DNA of 64,000 nucleotides from Deltaproteobacteria bacterium (GCA_029262335.1 JAJCZQ010000017.1:4033-68032), one strand, 5' to 3'. Shown: positions 39,275 through 49,637, counted from the stretch's first letter. A program made the numbers and translations. Notes: generated from the letters alone by a model not told the origin.

Positions 39275-40066
39275 TTACCTGTGATGAATTAGCCTTCTCT
39301 CTTTCTTTTTGTACCCAAGTGATTTCCGGAGAGAACCCGATATATATCTCTTGGCAGACCTTACGGCATCTTCCATGCTGTTGCCTTTTGAAAGTCCGGC
39401 ACAAATAGCAGCCGAGAATGTGCATCCGGTCCCGTGAAAATTCATGCTTCTCAGCCTTTTGGCACGAAATTCGATAAATTTCTTTCCATCATAAAGCAGG
39501 TCATTTGAATTAACGGTATCTCTCCGGTGTCCGCCTTTTATCAAAACATACGTACAGCCCAGCTCTCTTAGTTCAATTGCAGCCTGTTTAATTGATTGTA
39601 TTCCGTTTATTGTTTTACCAGTGAGTACTTCAGTCTCATGAATGTTGGGCGTAATTACCAGGCTCTTTGGGATAAGGTCTGATTTTAAGAGGCCGATTGC
39701 GTTTTTATTTAGCAGCAGCGTACCACTTGTAGAAATAATTACGGGGTCAACCACCAAATTTTTGATTTTGTATTTTTTAATCTTATCTGCAACTACTTTT
39801 ATTATCTTTTTATTAGAGAGCATTCCCGTTTTTACTGCATTAAAGCCCATGTCCTTATAAATTGCGTCAATCTGTTTGCCTACAAACTCAGGGGGTATGT
39901 CCTGAATAGCCGTGACTTCATAAATATTTTGAGCAGTAAGAGAGGTTATTACCGACTGTCCGTATACACCCAAAGCGGTAAAAGTTTTAAGGTCGGCCTG
40001 TATACCTGCTCCCCCGCTTGGGTCGGAGCCGGCAATGGTCAAAGCTACTGGCAGATTTGCATTCAC
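39275..40066 (-). CDS. thiD: Hydroxymethylpyrimidine/phosphomethylpyrimidine kinase
   Basis: [19 protein letters not shown] and [10 protein letters not shown] motifs. Confidence 0.9.
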   Translation of the reverse strand: MNANLPVALTIAGSDPSGGAGIQADLKTFTALGVYGQSVITSLTAQNIYEVTAIQDIPPEFVGKQIDAIYKDMGFNAVKTGMLSNKKIIKVVADKIKKYKIKNLVVDPVIISTSGTLLLNKNAIGLLKSDLIPKSLVITPNIHETEVLTGKTINGIQSIKQAAIELRELGCTYVLIKGGHRRDTVNSNDLLYDGKKFIEFRAKRLRSMNFHGTGCTFSAAICAGLSKGNSMEDAVRSAKRYISGSLRKSLGYKKKERRLIHHR

Positions 40067-40187
40067 AACTTAGATTCTACAAATTGTTTTGCAATTTTAC
40101 AAACCGCGGAATTTTGAATATAATATGAATCCTCTCAATGAGGTTTTGAGGATTATTTTTACTTTAAATTAAAGGAGTATTATTAAG

Positions 40188-40598
40188 ATGAGTGATAATG
40201 CTGAAATTTTCAGACAGGACCTGTTTACTACAGACGACGAAGGAAGGGTAAGGCTTATTGCCGGTTACTCAAAAGATGCCGACAACTATACTTTCCCAAA
40301 ATATCTTGCCGATCCTGTTAGCTTTTCCGATGATGTTGAGGAAAAACTTTTAAGTCCGACAGGTGTTTTACATTCTTTTACAATTGTAAGAAGAAGTATG
40401 CCCGAATTTCCCGTACCTTACGGTTTAGTACTTGTAGATTTTCCTGAAAAAGTAAGAGTTATGGCTCAGGTAGAGTCTGCTGATTTAGAAGGCCTTCAGA
40501 TGGGTGAAGAGATGGCACTTACCACAGGAGTTATTAAAAAGACCTCCGATGGAAGAGATGTTATCTCCTATAAGTTTATTCCCGTCAGAGAACAATAA
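40188..40598 (+). CDS. DUF35-like OB-fold protein (lacks Zn ribbon)
   Basis: YGLVLVDFPEKVRVMAQVE pattern resembles the ChsH2/DUF35 OB-fold C-terminal domain. No Cys residues. Confidence 0.4.
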   Translation: MSDNAEIFRQDLFTTDDEGRVRLIAGYSKDADNYTFPKYLADPVSFSDDVEEKLLSPTGVLHSFTIVRRSMPEFPVPYGLVLVDFPEKVRVMAQVESADLEGLQMGEEMALTTGVIKKTSDGRDVISYKFIPVREQ

Positions 40599-40624
40599 TA
40601 AAAGCTAACTATTTAAAATTATAA

Positions 40625-40652
40625 AAACCTCCTTTCCGGAGGTTTTTTTTTG
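40625..40652 (+). terminator. Rho-independent terminator
   Basis: AAACCTCC-tttcc-GGAGGTTT followed by a T-run. Confidence 0.8.
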
Positions 40653-40702
40653 CCCCTTTTTCCTATTTTCTGGTGTAGACTTATTTCGCTGACAGATATT
40701 AT

Positions 40703-41548
40703 ATGTATACGTTGAACTACATGAGAAGGAAACTTCACTTTATATATATATTCCTGGTACTATTTTCAGTCGTCCCGGCTGAAGGTACTGAGAAAGTAAC
40801 TCTAAATATTAACTACGAGCTTGCCGAGCGGCTCCCCATGTCGGATTTTGATATTTACCTGCTGAGTACTGTTACAGGAAATAAATCCACCGAGAAAGCT
40901 GTAGTAAAAAACCCTATTAATGAACGCATCAAGGCGTATAAACCAGGTGAGATTATAGCTATACTGGAAAATGAAGAGGTAAGGGTTGTAAAGATATTTC
41001 CCTGTATGAGTGTACTGGAACAGGGGGGACGTTATTACAAACTTTACTGTAAATCAAGGATTGTAGACAACAGCTATTTCACAGCTTCATCACTTTCGGG
41101 ATATATTGTCGGGGACTCTAACCAGCTCTTTACTTCCAACGCTTTTAACAAGAGCTTTGATAAGCATATTATACAGGCCTGCAACAAATACGGTGTGGAC
41201 CCCTATCTTGTTAAGGCGGTAATCCGGGCTGAATCCAATTTTGACCCGAATGCAGTTTCCCCTAAAAATGCCAAGGGGCTTATGCAGATAACACCGCCAA
41301 CAGCCAAAGACTATGAAGTAGAAGATGTACTTGACCCGGACTCCAATATTGATGGAGGCGTGAGAATTTTAAAACACCTTATTGAATATTTTGATGGAAA
41401 CGTTGAACTGGCGCTTGCCGGTTACAATGCGGGGAAATACGCAGTTATAAAATATGATAACCAGATACCGCCTTATCCCGAGACCCAGCAGTACGTAGCA
41501 CGGGTATTATCTTTTTATTCGGATATTAAATCTGAAAAGGTAAATTAG
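40703..41548 (+). CDS. Lytic transglycosylase (SLT domain) protein
   Basis: AVIRAESNFDPNAVSPKNAKGLMQITPPTA and AGYNAG motifs of SLT family 1. Confidence 0.85.
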   Translation: MYTLNYMRRKLHFIYIFLVLFSVVPAEGTEKVTLNINYELAERLPMSDFDIYLLSTVTGNKSTEKAVVKNPINERIKAYKPGEIIAILENEEVRVVKIFPCMSVLEQGGRYYKLYCKSRIVDNSYFTASSLSGYIVGDSNQLFTSNAFNKSFDKHIIQACNKYGVDPYLVKAVIRAESNFDPNAVSPKNAKGLMQITPPTAKDYEVEDVLDPDSNIDGGVRILKHLIEYFDGNVELALAGYNAGKYAVIKYDNQIPPYPETQQYVARVLSFYSDIKSEKVN

Positions 41549-41576
41549 GATTTAAGACAAAATATAATATGGCTAA

Positions 41577-44500
41577 ATGGAATTGAAAAAATCCCGTCTA
41601 ATACCACTAATATTTATTATTGTCCTTGTTGTTGCCTATCTTTTCATTGCAAAAATTTATGTGCCCGGACTTGTGAAGAGCGAAATTGCAAAATTCGGTG
41701 AAGAAAGGGGCGTGGCCCTTAGTGTCGGGGGAGCTTCTTTTGGTATATTCAGGGGACTTGTTTTAAGTGATACAAAGCTTGGGGATTCAATATCTGTAGA
41801 CACGATAGAACTGCGGCCATCTTTTCTCGAATTTCTTTCATCCGGGGAACTATTAATAGAAAGTATATTGGTTGACAGGCCCCTGGTCACGGTTGATGAC
41901 AATCTGCCTGAAACTATTATCAGGATTCAAAAAAGTGATGATAAAGAGCCGGGTAGAAATATTGAAATAAGAAATATTGATATAGATGACCTTGTCATTA
42001 AAGCGGGTGGGTCCGAGTACAGTCTTAGCGAGCTTGATATCGAGATGCCGGTGCAGGGGGATGAGGAAGACAGTCTGCAACTTCGCGGAAGACTTGAAAA
42101 TGATTCCTTAAGGCAGGAAGTAAGTTTTATTTCGGATATAGAATTCAGGGATAATAAAAATCTTAAAGTCGACGTTGCATTTACTGATTTAAAAAAGGGT
42201 GATATCACAGGTTTCCTTCGCTTTCCCCATGATCTTTCCATATATATATCAGCAATAGTAGATTACAGTGAGGGGTTAGATTCGAGGGGTAAACTCACAA
42301 TCATTAACAGCCTTGATAAAACCGAAGAAGGTGTAGTTGTCTTTGACCTCTCACATGAAGAAGAAAGTAAAAACCTTGCGATCAATTCTTTAAATGGCAA
42401 TATCGGAGAAGTCCTTAGCCTCGACATGAAAGGGCTGGCGGGAAACCTCCCGGATAACGGCATAGTAAAATTAAACGGAAATCTTAATGTGCCGGAGGCT
42501 TCAGGGCTTGAACCCTGGCTGCCGTTTTTAGACAGTATCAAAATTTCAGGGTCTCTAAACACAGAAAATATATATGTAAAAAAAGAGGGAGATATTACAA
42601 CTGTAATTGCCGGGATAGAATCCGATAATTTTTTACTGGATTTTGGTGAAAACAATAAAATAGCGGCCCGGAACCTAAGCACTAAAGACGGCCTGGAATT
42701 TATCTATACAAATGAGAATGATAAAACCCGTTACGGACTAAAACTCCGGGAAACGGAATACAGTGATTTTATTTATACCGATTACGAATCCTCCGCCGGA
42801 ACTATTAAAAGCCTGGATTTCAATTTCAAAGAGGGTATTTGGGACGTAAAACTCACATCCGGCGGCCCCGGTGTTCTTAACGAATCCCTTGGGGTAATGC
42901 TTAGTGACTACCTGCTTAACCTTGTAATATCGAGTAATGAAGAACTTGAGATCTCCGGAGATATTAAAGGTGTAGACGGAAGTTACGGTGTTTTTAGTCT
43001 CTTAACATTTTTTACAAATTTTAAATATTTAAACAACAAGATTGAGTTTAACAGTGCCAGTGCGGGAATTGAAACATACGGGGATTTTTTTGTGGACTCG
43101 GGGTCACTTTCATTTCCTCCAGTGAGCGGTGGGGAATACCTTCTTGAAATTAAAGATACAAAATTTATATATACAGACCCTGGTATAAATGCCGAAAATA
43201 TTAAGGGGCTTTTTACGATAAAAGCTGCCGGCGAAGGAAGTACAGCTATAGAAGGAAGGATAGTTGCCGAAAATGCCAACGTTTACACCAGTGTTATAAA
43301 GAACCTGAATTTTGATTATTACTCTCTTGGGGACGACTACAAGATAAGCAGTATTACAGGGGGATTTCTGGGCGGCAACCTCGGGGGTAGTCTTGGATTT
43401 AAAACACTTGAGGAGAGTATCTCATTTGAAACTGCCATAAAACTTTCAGGAGTAAAGAACGGCAGCCTCAATGCTGAAGGTGTTAATTTTGATTCAAAAG
43501 GCCATTTTTCTTCCGGGCATTTTAAAGATACAAAGGGAGTCCTTAAGTTTAATGACCTCTTTCTTGGCCAGGGATATACGGAAGTTGACTTTGACGGTGA
43601 GCTGGATTTTACCGTTGACCCTGAAACCATATCGATAGTTAAGGGGTTTATATCTAATGACGAAGGAAAAAGGTTTGAATTTACGGGAGGCCTTAACAAC
43701 TACGCGGAAGAAAAGAGGGATTTTAAACTATTAGCGCCTGAGATCCCGCTGGACTTTCTTATAGATGTTTTTTCCAGCTACCTTCCAGACAGCACTTTTG
43801 TACTTGATGTCGAAGGGGTAGTGTCGGTAGATTTTGATGCATTAAATATTTTAAGCGACGATGAAATATGGAACGGATTAATAAAGATAAAAGATTCAAC
43901 AGTTTCGGCGTTTATCAACAATGCAGATGTTCTTTTGGAAGATGTCGAAGGTTCAATAACAATAAGGGAGATAGACGGAGTTAAAAACAGGCTCGTGGCA
44001 CTGCTGGGTAAAGACCTTACAATTGACAGGTCGGTTTATAAGAAATACCTGGCTGAAGTTAAACAGGAAGCAGACACGGAAACCAGGGACTATCTTAAAA
44101 TCGGCAAACTGCAGTATGGATTTTTTGAGATGAACAACATTGAAGCAAAATTTGAAATGGATAACGACGAATTAAACCTCATCTATCTGAGGTCAGATGT
44201 TTATAACGGCAACATATTTGCGAGCGGGATATTTAATTACGGTGATTCAAAGGAGAACTACAATATAAACCTTTTGTTTTCCAGGCTCAGTCTTAAAAGC
44301 ATATCCGACAGCCTTCCCTCAATGGAGGGCTATATTACGGGCGTTATAGACGGACTGATCTGGTTTTCGGTCGGAAATGGTTATACAACTATTAACGGGC
44401 CTTTTTCATTCTGGGCCAGGGACGGCAAAGGTGAGAAGAGGACAATAGGCCGGGCACTCCTGGAAAAAATCGGAGCAAAGGGCAGATTTTTTACAGGCTC

Positions 44501-44720
44501 TTCAAGGCGGTACGATAAAGGTGAGATTGCGGGATATATAAAAGACGGATTTATAACATTTAAAAAACTTATTATTTCGAATAGAATACTTGGTTATACT
44601 GACTTAAAAATCAAGGTGGACGACAGACAAAACTCGATTACCGTAAAACACCTGTTTTCGGTAATAAGAGAGCTTGCAAGAAGGGCAAGCAGGGGAGATG
44701 TAGAGATTGATTTTCAGTAG
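41577..44720 (+). CDS. YdbH-like AsmA-family giant protein
   Basis: 1047 aa. N-terminal TM anchor, extended beta-rich body. Followed by a YnbE/YdbL-like gene. Confidence 0.7.
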   Translation: MELKKSRLIPLIFIIVLVVAYLFIAKIYVPGLVKSEIAKFGEERGVALSVGGASFGIFRGLVLSDTKLGDSISVDTIELRPSFLEFLSSGELLIESILVDRPLVTVDDNLPETIIRIQKSDDKEPGRNIEIRNIDIDDLVIKAGGSEYSLSELDIEMPVQGDEEDSLQLRGRLENDSLRQEVSFISDIEFRDNKNLKVDVAFTDLKKGDITGFLRFPHDLSIYISAIVDYSEGLDSRGKLTIINSLDKTEEGVVVFDLSHEEESKNLAINSLNGNIGEVLSLDMKGLAGNLPDNGIVKLNGNLNVPEASGLEPWLPFLDSIKISGSLNTENIYVKKEGDITTVIAGIESDNFLLDFGENNKIAARNLSTKDGLEFIYTNENDKTRYGLKLRETEYSDFIYTDYESSAGTIKSLDFNFKEGIWDVKLTSGGPGVLNESLGVMLSDYLLNLVISSNEELEISGDIKGVDGSYGVFSLLTFFTNFKYLNNKIEFNSASAGIETYGDFFVDSGSLSFPPVSGGEYLLEIKDTKFIYTDPGINAENIKGLFTIKAAGEGSTAIEGRIVAENANVYTSVIKNLNFDYYSLGDDYKISSITGGFLGGNLGGSLGFKTLEESISFETAIKLSGVKNGSLNAEGVNFDSKGHFSSGHFKDTKGVLKFNDLFLGQGYTEVDFDGELDFTVDPETISIVKGFISNDEGKRFEFTGGLNNYAEEKRDFKLLAPEIPLDFLIDVFSSYLPDSTFVLDVEGVVSVDFDALNILSDDEIWNGLIKIKDSTVSAFINNADVLLEDVEGSITIREIDGVKNRLVALLGKDLTIDRSVYKKYLAEVKQEADTETRDYLKIGKLQYGFFEMNNIEAKFEMDNDELNLIYLRSDVYNGNIFASGIFNYGDSKENYNINLLFSRLSLKSISDSLPSMEGYITGVIDGLIWFSVGNGYTTINGPFSFWARDGKGEKRTIGRALLEKIGAKGRFFTGSSRRYDKGEIAGYIKDGFITFKKLIISNRILGYTDLKIKVDDRQNSITVKHLFSVIRELARRASRGDVEIDFQ

Positions 44721-44738
44721 AGATAATTTAAGGAGCAA

Positions 44739-45446
44739 ATGATGAGAAATATTACAAATAAACTTAGCTGTTTTTTCTTTTTAATTTTTTCAGTGACCCT
44801 GATTTCATGTGCAACAATTACTGTAAATGTTTATTTCCCTGCAGAAGAGGTAAAGCAGGCTTATACAAATCTTGAAGAAGAGTTTTTACTTGAAGAAATT
44901 CCCGAAAATGAAGATACAACTTCCCCACAGGCACCGCCTCCCCCGGGATCAAGCCTGAGAGAATTTTACGAAGAAGAGCCAACCATTACAGTTACCAAAG
45001 TAGTGCCGCTTACCGGTGAGTTTAACTTTGACCTTATTAATAAAGCTTTTGCCCAGGAAAATATTGCAAGAACAATCGAAGCCGAACTCAAGAAGATGCC
45101 AAATGTTGTTAAAGCATTCCAGGCAAGGTCTGCAAGAAGAGGAAAAGTAAACGCACTACTAAGTTCAAACAAAGTAGGCGAAGGAAATAACGGGATGCTT
45201 GTTGCAAGGGGCGACCTTACTGCAGCTGATAAATCTGTAATGAACGCCGAGAATAAAGACAGGAAAGTTATTATCAAAGGAATGACAGTAGCCATCCTTA
45301 AACTCAACAACCTTGGTGATACTGCCGCTAACGAAAAGAAGGTCTACCCGGAAGCTGCCGAGCAGTTTGCAGCTACCAGGAGAGACGCCTCCAAGTCCGG
45401 CTGGTCAGTACAATTGCCAAACGGGAAATGGGCACGGAAGCGTTAG
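44739..45446 (+). CDS. Fused YnbE-like lipoprotein / YdbL-like (DUF1318) periplasmic protein
   Basis: Lipobox LISC followed by ITVNVYFP, like the YnbE CxxxITINMNV. C-terminal SGWSVQLPNGKWARKR, like the YdbL terminal motif. Confidence 0.5.
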   Translation: MMRNITNKLSCFFFLIFSVTLISCATITVNVYFPAEEVKQAYTNLEEEFLLEEIPENEDTTSPQAPPPPGSSLREFYEEEPTITVTKVVPLTGEFNFDLINKAFAQENIARTIEAELKKMPNVVKAFQARSARRGKVNALLSSNKVGEGNNGMLVARGDLTAADKSVMNAENKDRKVIIKGMTVAILKLNNLGDTAANEKKVYPEAAEQFAATRRDASKSGWSVQLPNGKWARKR

Positions 45447-45596
45447 CATTTCATGCTAAAAACCGGCACTAAGTTAATAGTGCTAAAGAACTATGATAAA
45501 TTAAGAATTTAAAAACTGTTTTTGATCGACATGCAATGAATAGCGTTAAGAATGGCTTTAGGGGTGGGGTGGAATTAAAGACATTTAGTTAAAATA

Positions 45597-45912
45597 TTTA
45601 ATTTTTAGTATATTTTTGTTTAGCCTTGAATTTTGGTTCTTTGTTTCAAGACAAAGAACATAGAAAGATAAATAAAGTTACTTAATAGCTATTCTTCATT
45701 TTCTTTATCTTGATATAAAGAAAACGAAGCAAAAGAAAGATCAAGGCTGGCGATTCATTAACTAAAAAAACAAAATAAAATCTAAAGCGTAAAATCCTGC
45801 CACAACCCCTTTACGCTTCTTACCGATTTTATTTCATTTTTTCTTCACGTTATTCATCGCAGGCCGTTTTATAAAATATTGTGTCATCTCGAACAAATGT
45901 GAGAGATCTATT
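45597..45912. repeat. Family-A interspersed structured repeat, copy A3 (most complete)
   Basis: Contains all modules: GTTCTTTGTttcaagACAAAGAAC hairpin, TTTCTTTATcttgATATAAAGAAA hairpin, AGCGTAAA-N16-TTTACGCT hairpin, ...CATCGCAGGCCGTTTT. Tail GTCATCTCGAACAAATGTGAGAGATCT. Confidence 0.8.
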
Positions 45913-45969
45913 ATGCCTTTTAAACCCTGGTATTTAAACATTCAATTAAATGCTGTACAATAATATTTA

Positions 45970-47424
45970 ATGCCATCATCCAAACATTACCTTACAAAAT
46001 CCAAATTCCTTTCTGGCCTTCAGTGCAGAAAAAAGCTGTGGCTGGGTGTAAACCACCCGGAACTTGCAACTCCCCCTTCTCTGAAACAGCAGTTTATATT
46101 TGACTCGGGCTATGAGTTCGAAGATATAGTAATGAAGAGATACCCGGAAGGGGTGCTTGTAGAGTTCGAGAAACTGGACCGTATGGTTTCCATTACAAAT
46201 GACCTTGTAAATGACAACGCCCCAGTAATTTTCCAGGGGGCTTTTTACCACAAAGGCGTATATGTGATAAGTGATATAATCCGCAAAAATCAGGACGGCA
46301 CCTGGGAACTAAAAGAGATGAAGGCTTCTACGGGGGTAAAAGATGTACATTTCCCTGATCTTGCTATTCAGAAGTATATACTTGAGAACAATGGACTTTA
46401 TGTAAGTGATACCTATGTCATACATATTGATACAAGCGGTAATCTGCCTGACCTGAATTCAATGGTAGGTGTTGAGAAAACTACTGCCAATGTTGCTGAA
46501 TTTAATGTTGGTGAAGTTGTTAATAACTTCCAGGAGCTTATACGTGAAGAAACTGAGCCGGATGTAATGATCGGGGAACACTGCACCAAACCTTATGAAT
46601 GTGAGTTTAAGGATTACTGCTGGAAAGACATTGATGAATATTCAATGCTGAACTTTCCCCGTATGACATGGAAAAAGAAGCTTCAGTTTTATTCCTCTGG
46701 AATCAGGAGTATTAACGAGATACCCCCTGAAACCAAACTCACTGATAATCAGCAGGACTATGTAAACAGGCTTACCAATAAAACAGTTGATATCGATAGT
46801 GAAGCAATAAAGAAAAAACTATCAGAGCTTGAGTACCCGCTTTATTTTTTTGATTTTGAAACTACGCAAAGGGCTATACCCAGGTGGGAGGGAATTCACC
46901 CTTACCAGCAGATACCATTTCAGTGGAGCTGTCATATAATGCAGGAAAATGGTGAAATAACTCATGAAGAGTACCTGCATGATAATGAGTCAGACCCAAG
47001 GTTTGGACTTGCGGAGGCATTAGTAAATACAGTTGGCAATACAGGTTCTGTAATTGCATATAATGCAGTCTTTGAGAGTAATGAATTAAAAAAACTGGCA
47101 GATGCTTTTCCGCAATTTGCTGACAGGCTTCTTTCAATTGAAAGCAGGCTTTGGGACCAGCTGGATATTTTTAGGAAATACTACAAGGACTACAGGTTTG
47201 GCGGTTCAAATTCCATTAAAAGAGTACTTCCTGTAATTGACCCCGAACTCGACCATAAGAACCTGGAACTCTCTTCAGGGGATGAAGCAGATGTTTATTG
47301 GTACATGATGCTGGATGAAACCGACCCCGGGAAAAAGGCAGAGCTTAGAAATACCCTTCTGGAATACTGCAAACTTGATACCTGGGCTATGGTGGTAATC
47401 CATAAACATTTAGACTCGTTGTAA
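45970..47424 (+). CDS. DUF2779-like protein (putative PD-(D/E)XK-type nuclease fold)
   Basis: N-terminal YLTKSKFLSGLQCRKKLWL and FDFETT motifs resemble the DUF2779 family. Confidence 0.45.
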   Translation: MPSSKHYLTKSKFLSGLQCRKKLWLGVNHPELATPPSLKQQFIFDSGYEFEDIVMKRYPEGVLVEFEKLDRMVSITNDLVNDNAPVIFQGAFYHKGVYVISDIIRKNQDGTWELKEMKASTGVKDVHFPDLAIQKYILENNGLYVSDTYVIHIDTSGNLPDLNSMVGVEKTTANVAEFNVGEVVNNFQELIREETEPDVMIGEHCTKPYECEFKDYCWKDIDEYSMLNFPRMTWKKKLQFYSSGIRSINEIPPETKLTDNQQDYVNRLTNKTVDIDSEAIKKKLSELEYPLYFFDFETTQRAIPRWEGIHPYQQIPFQWSCHIMQENGEITHEEYLHDNESDPRFGLAEALVNTVGNTGSVIAYNAVFESNELKKLADAFPQFADRLLSIESRLWDQLDIFRKYYKDYRFGGSNSIKRVLPVIDPELDHKNLELSSGDEADVYWYMMLDETDPGKKAELRNTLLEYCKLDTWAMVVIHKHLDSL

Positions 47425-47688
47425 AATTTTGAGCAACAGTTCAATTATAATTAATTTCTTAAACAATTAAAATAATTGTTTACACCCCTTGTTTTATCAT
47501 TAACCTGTATTCCCTATTACTAATTATTTTTATCCGGAAAACGAGAGTGGAATTTTATCTGCTCTTGCTTAAATACGTTAGTGATTGAGGGATCCTGACA
47601 AATAACAACTAAAGAACGTTCATTAGAAATGGATTTTCCTTTTCTATTAAGAGGGATGGAGGAAATACCTGTATGGAGGTTTTACACG

Positions 47689-49419
47689 ATGAACCATTAT
47701 TTTAGTAAGTTTTTGGCAGCATTAATAATTTTTTCTGTATTATTTATTAGCAGCAGTACTGAGATATTTGCTCAGCAGAATGACTGGGCACGGGACGGTG
47801 AGGGCCGCCGGGATTCAAGTCGACGGATTAATCATGATGATGACCGTCAGAAGAAAGGCGATAAGAGGGATAAGCGCAACAGAGTCCGTAGGGATGAATT
47901 CCGCACTATCGATGGCAGCAGTAACAACCTCGACAACACCGAGATGGGTGCAATATTTACTCCTCTATTAAGGATCGTAAACCCCGCCTATTCAGATGGT
48001 ATTTCAGAACTTGCCGGGGAAGACAGGCTGAGTCCAAGGGAAATAAGTAATATTGTAAACAGTCAGGACGACGTGATATTTAACGAGCTAGGCACTACCG
48101 ATTACCTTTGGCAGTGGGGCCAGTTCCTGGACCATGACATTGACCTTACTGAAATTGCAATCCCCGAGGAAGAAGCAAATATAGAAGTACCTATTGGTGA
48201 TATTTTCTTTGACCCGGAAAGTACAGGTGAAATGATAATTCCTTTCACAAGGTCACTATACGACAGTTCTACAGGAACTGATACCGACAACCCCCGCCAG
48301 CAGTTAAACGAGATTACGGGCTGGATTGATGCTTCAAATGTTTACGGCTCAGAAGAAGAAAGGGCCACAGCATTAAGAACTAATGATGGCACCGGAAAAC
48401 TCAAAACTACTGATGGAAACCTGATGCCGTTTAATCTGGATGGTTTTCCAAATGCAGGTGGGGCTGGTACTGACCTGTTTCTTGCAGGTGATGTAAGGGC
48501 GAACGAACAGGTAGGTCTTACCGCTATGCATACACTTTTTGTAAGGGAACACAACCGCCAGGCGGAAAGAATCGCAGAAGACAATCCGGAACTTTCTGGT
48601 GACCAGATATATGAAAAAGCAAGGGAGATAGTTGCAGCTCAGATGCAGTACATTACCTACAATGAATTTCTACCTGCTCTTCTTGGAGATAGTGCATTAA
48701 AAAGATACAGGCGCTATGACCCTGATATTGATGCCAGTATTGCAAACAGCTTTTCTGCTGCTGCATACAGGTTTGGACACAGTGCTCTAAACCCTTTCCT
48801 TCTACGTGTTGATGCAGAAGGGGTAATGATTGATGCAGGGCATCTGCCGCTCAGGAATGCTTTCTTAGCCCCTAATGAGATTGTGGCAAATGGTATAGAG
48901 CCCATACTAAGGGGGCTCAGCCAGCAGCTTCACCAGAAAATAGATCCTTATGTAATTGATGACGTAAGAAATTTTTTATTCGGTCACCCGGGAAGCGGAG
49001 GGTTTGACCTTGCTTCACTCAATATCCAGAGGGGAAGGGACCACGGCCTGGCATCTTATAACGATACAAGAGAGGCACTTGGACTTGACCGCATAAATTC
49101 CTTTTCAGAAATAAGTTCAGATACCGAAATACAAATCCGGCTTGAAGAAGCATACGGTTCTGTTGAGGATATTGACCTCTGGGTAGGAGGGCTTTCCGAA
49201 GATGCTCTTCAGGGTTCACACCTCGGTGAGACATTCACTACAATAATTACAATCCAGTTTGAAGGTTTAAGAGACGGCGACAGATTCTGGTTTGAGCGCA
49301 GTCTCGGTGAAAGGCAGGCAGACAGGATTAAAAGAACAAGACTCTCTGATATCATTATAAGAAATACCGATATTGAAGAAGGCGAGATTCCAAGAGATGT
49401 ATTCAGAATAGCTAAATAG
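47689..49419 (+). CDS. Animal-type heme peroxidase (peroxidase-cyclooxygenase superfamily), secreted
   Basis: GGAGG SD with ATG 47689 and a signal peptide. WGQFLDHDIDLT (distal His), RDHGLASYN and FWFE motifs. Confidence 0.85.
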   Translation: MNHYFSKFLAALIIFSVLFISSSTEIFAQQNDWARDGEGRRDSSRRINHDDDRQKKGDKRDKRNRVRRDEFRTIDGSSNNLDNTEMGAIFTPLLRIVNPAYSDGISELAGEDRLSPREISNIVNSQDDVIFNELGTTDYLWQWGQFLDHDIDLTEIAIPEEEANIEVPIGDIFFDPESTGEMIIPFTRSLYDSSTGTDTDNPRQQLNEITGWIDASNVYGSEEERATALRTNDGTGKLKTTDGNLMPFNLDGFPNAGGAGTDLFLAGDVRANEQVGLTAMHTLFVREHNRQAERIAEDNPELSGDQIYEKAREIVAAQMQYITYNEFLPALLGDSALKRYRRYDPDIDASIANSFSAAAYRFGHSALNPFLLRVDAEGVMIDAGHLPLRNAFLAPNEIVANGIEPILRGLSQQLHQKIDPYVIDDVRNFLFGHPGSGGFDLASLNIQRGRDHGLASYNDTREALGLDRINSFSEISSDTEIQIRLEEAYGSVEDIDLWVGGLSEDALQGSHLGETFTTIITIQFEGLRDGDRFWFERSLGERQADRIKRTRLSDIIIRNTDIEEGEIPRDVFRIAK

Positions 49420-49434
49420 AATTTAAACTAATTA

Positions 49435-49466
49435 CCCCCTCCCCTCATTTGGAGGGGGGTTATTTT
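49435..49466 (+). terminator. Rho-independent terminator
   Basis: CCCCCTCC-cctcattt-GGAGGGGG followed by TTATTTT. Confidence 0.8.
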
Positions 49467-49637
49467 AACATCCTTTTAATAAAAGACCTGACCCCAGCAT
49501 AGGTATATAATGTTTTCCTGCTCTTAAACTAATAAATCTCAGTAATTATCTGTATTTAATGCTATAGTTAAAAGAAATTATTCAAATAACTTCAATAATA
49601 TTGTATAATTTGATTTAATTCCTTAAAGGAGAAATAA

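Noticed and set aside
39264-39425. N-terminal extension of the GT2 ORF overlapping 150 nt of thiD.
   Set aside because: The canonical GT2 N-terminus MISFIIPTYNE starts at ATG 39263, and the extension is Cys/Arg-rich junk.
47768-47784. Second sigma-54-like motif (TGGAAT-N5-CTGCT) about 110 nt upstream of the peroxidase start.
   Set aside because: Only the GG-N10-GC spacing is matched, the flanks are poor, and it lies too far from the start codon to call.
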